64,000 bases of DNA from Eledone cirrhosa (lineage: Eukaryota), in the NCBI GenBank assembly GCA_964016885.1, contig OZ024740.1:44640001-44704000 (forward strand), given 5' to 3'. The position numbers were made by a program, and so were the translations under genes. Shown here piece by piece: positions 63,232-64,000 of the stretch. How positions within the stretch are numbered: position 1 is the stretch's first letter; every line of letters starts with the position of its first letter. The notes under the pieces are model-generated. The model ran no database searches. It had not been told where the DNA came from and saw only the letters and a program-made list of their open reading frames with translations.

Positions 63232-64000
63232 CAGGGCTCTGTTCTTAGCCCCCTACTATTTATTATTGCCCTTCAGGCTATAACAGAGGAGTTCAAGACC
63301 GGCTGCCCATGGAAACTCCTATACGCAGATGATCTAACGCTCATAGCTGAATCAATGACCGAACTAGAGAAGAAATTCCAAACATGGAAGCACAGCCTAG
63401 AATAAAAAGGCTTTAAAATTAACCTGGCTAAGACTAAAGTTCTAGTTTGTAGGAAAGAAAATAAGGCGGCAGTCCCATCTGGGAAATGGCCATGCTCAGT
63501 GTGTAGGAAAGGCGTAGGTAGAAACTCCATTTTATGTCCCAAATGCAAAGTATGGGTGCATAAAAGATGTAGTGGGATCACAGGTAAGCTAACTAAGAAC
63601 ATAGATTTTACATGTGGCCAGTGCTCTGGTGCAATAAGTAGCAGCAAGTGCCCACAGAATACTAGCTCTTTCAATTGCACAGATGGTTCTATAGAAATAG
63701 TGGACAGCTCCCGTTACCTGGGTGACAAAATCAGCAGTGGGGGAGGGTGCTCTGAAAGTACAGTAGCTAGAGTCAGAACTGGATGGAAAAAGTTCAGAGA
63801 GCTTATACCACTATTAGCCGCTAAAGGGTTCTCCCTAAAAATGAAAGGCAGGTTATATGATGCCTGCATACGAACAGCAATGCTGCATGGCAGTGAGACC
63901 TGGGCATTGTGTGCAGAGGATATACGCAGACTAGAGAGGAACAAAGCTTTCATGCTCCGCTGGATGTGTAATAGTAATATACGTGAACGGCTAAGCATAA
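63232..64000 (+). mobile_element. 5'-truncated RTE LINE running off the window end
   Basis: QGSVLSPLLF, LLYADDL, GKWPCSVCRKGVGRNSILCPKC..HKRC and RTGWKKFREL, colinear with 10185-10978; in-frame stop at ~63403. Confidence 0.9.

Overview
Eukaryotic, AT-rich, microsatellite-dense animal genomic DNA. The repeat families look cephalopod (probably octopus); this is inferred from repeat recognition, not proven. Bases 1-38 kb are almost entirely transposable elements: RTE-clade LINEs with a PHD finger inside the RT region, a near-intact 6-kb Tx1-clade LINE and a second 3' copy, four R4/Dong-type RLE LINE pieces stacked in (AAT)n tracts, a CR1 fragment, Penelope-like pieces with inverted repeats and minimal hammerhead ribozymes, two tRNA-headed SINE families whose tails match LINEs in the same window, a MITE, a pogo/Tigger remnant and a probable DIRS/Ngaro recombinase remnant. 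From 45.1 to 57.7 kb the minus strand carries ten symmetric phase-1 exons (294-303 bp), each encoding one titin/twitchin-type fibronectin type III domain. The start and terminal exons of this gene were not identified. All exon boundaries and alignments were read by eye.
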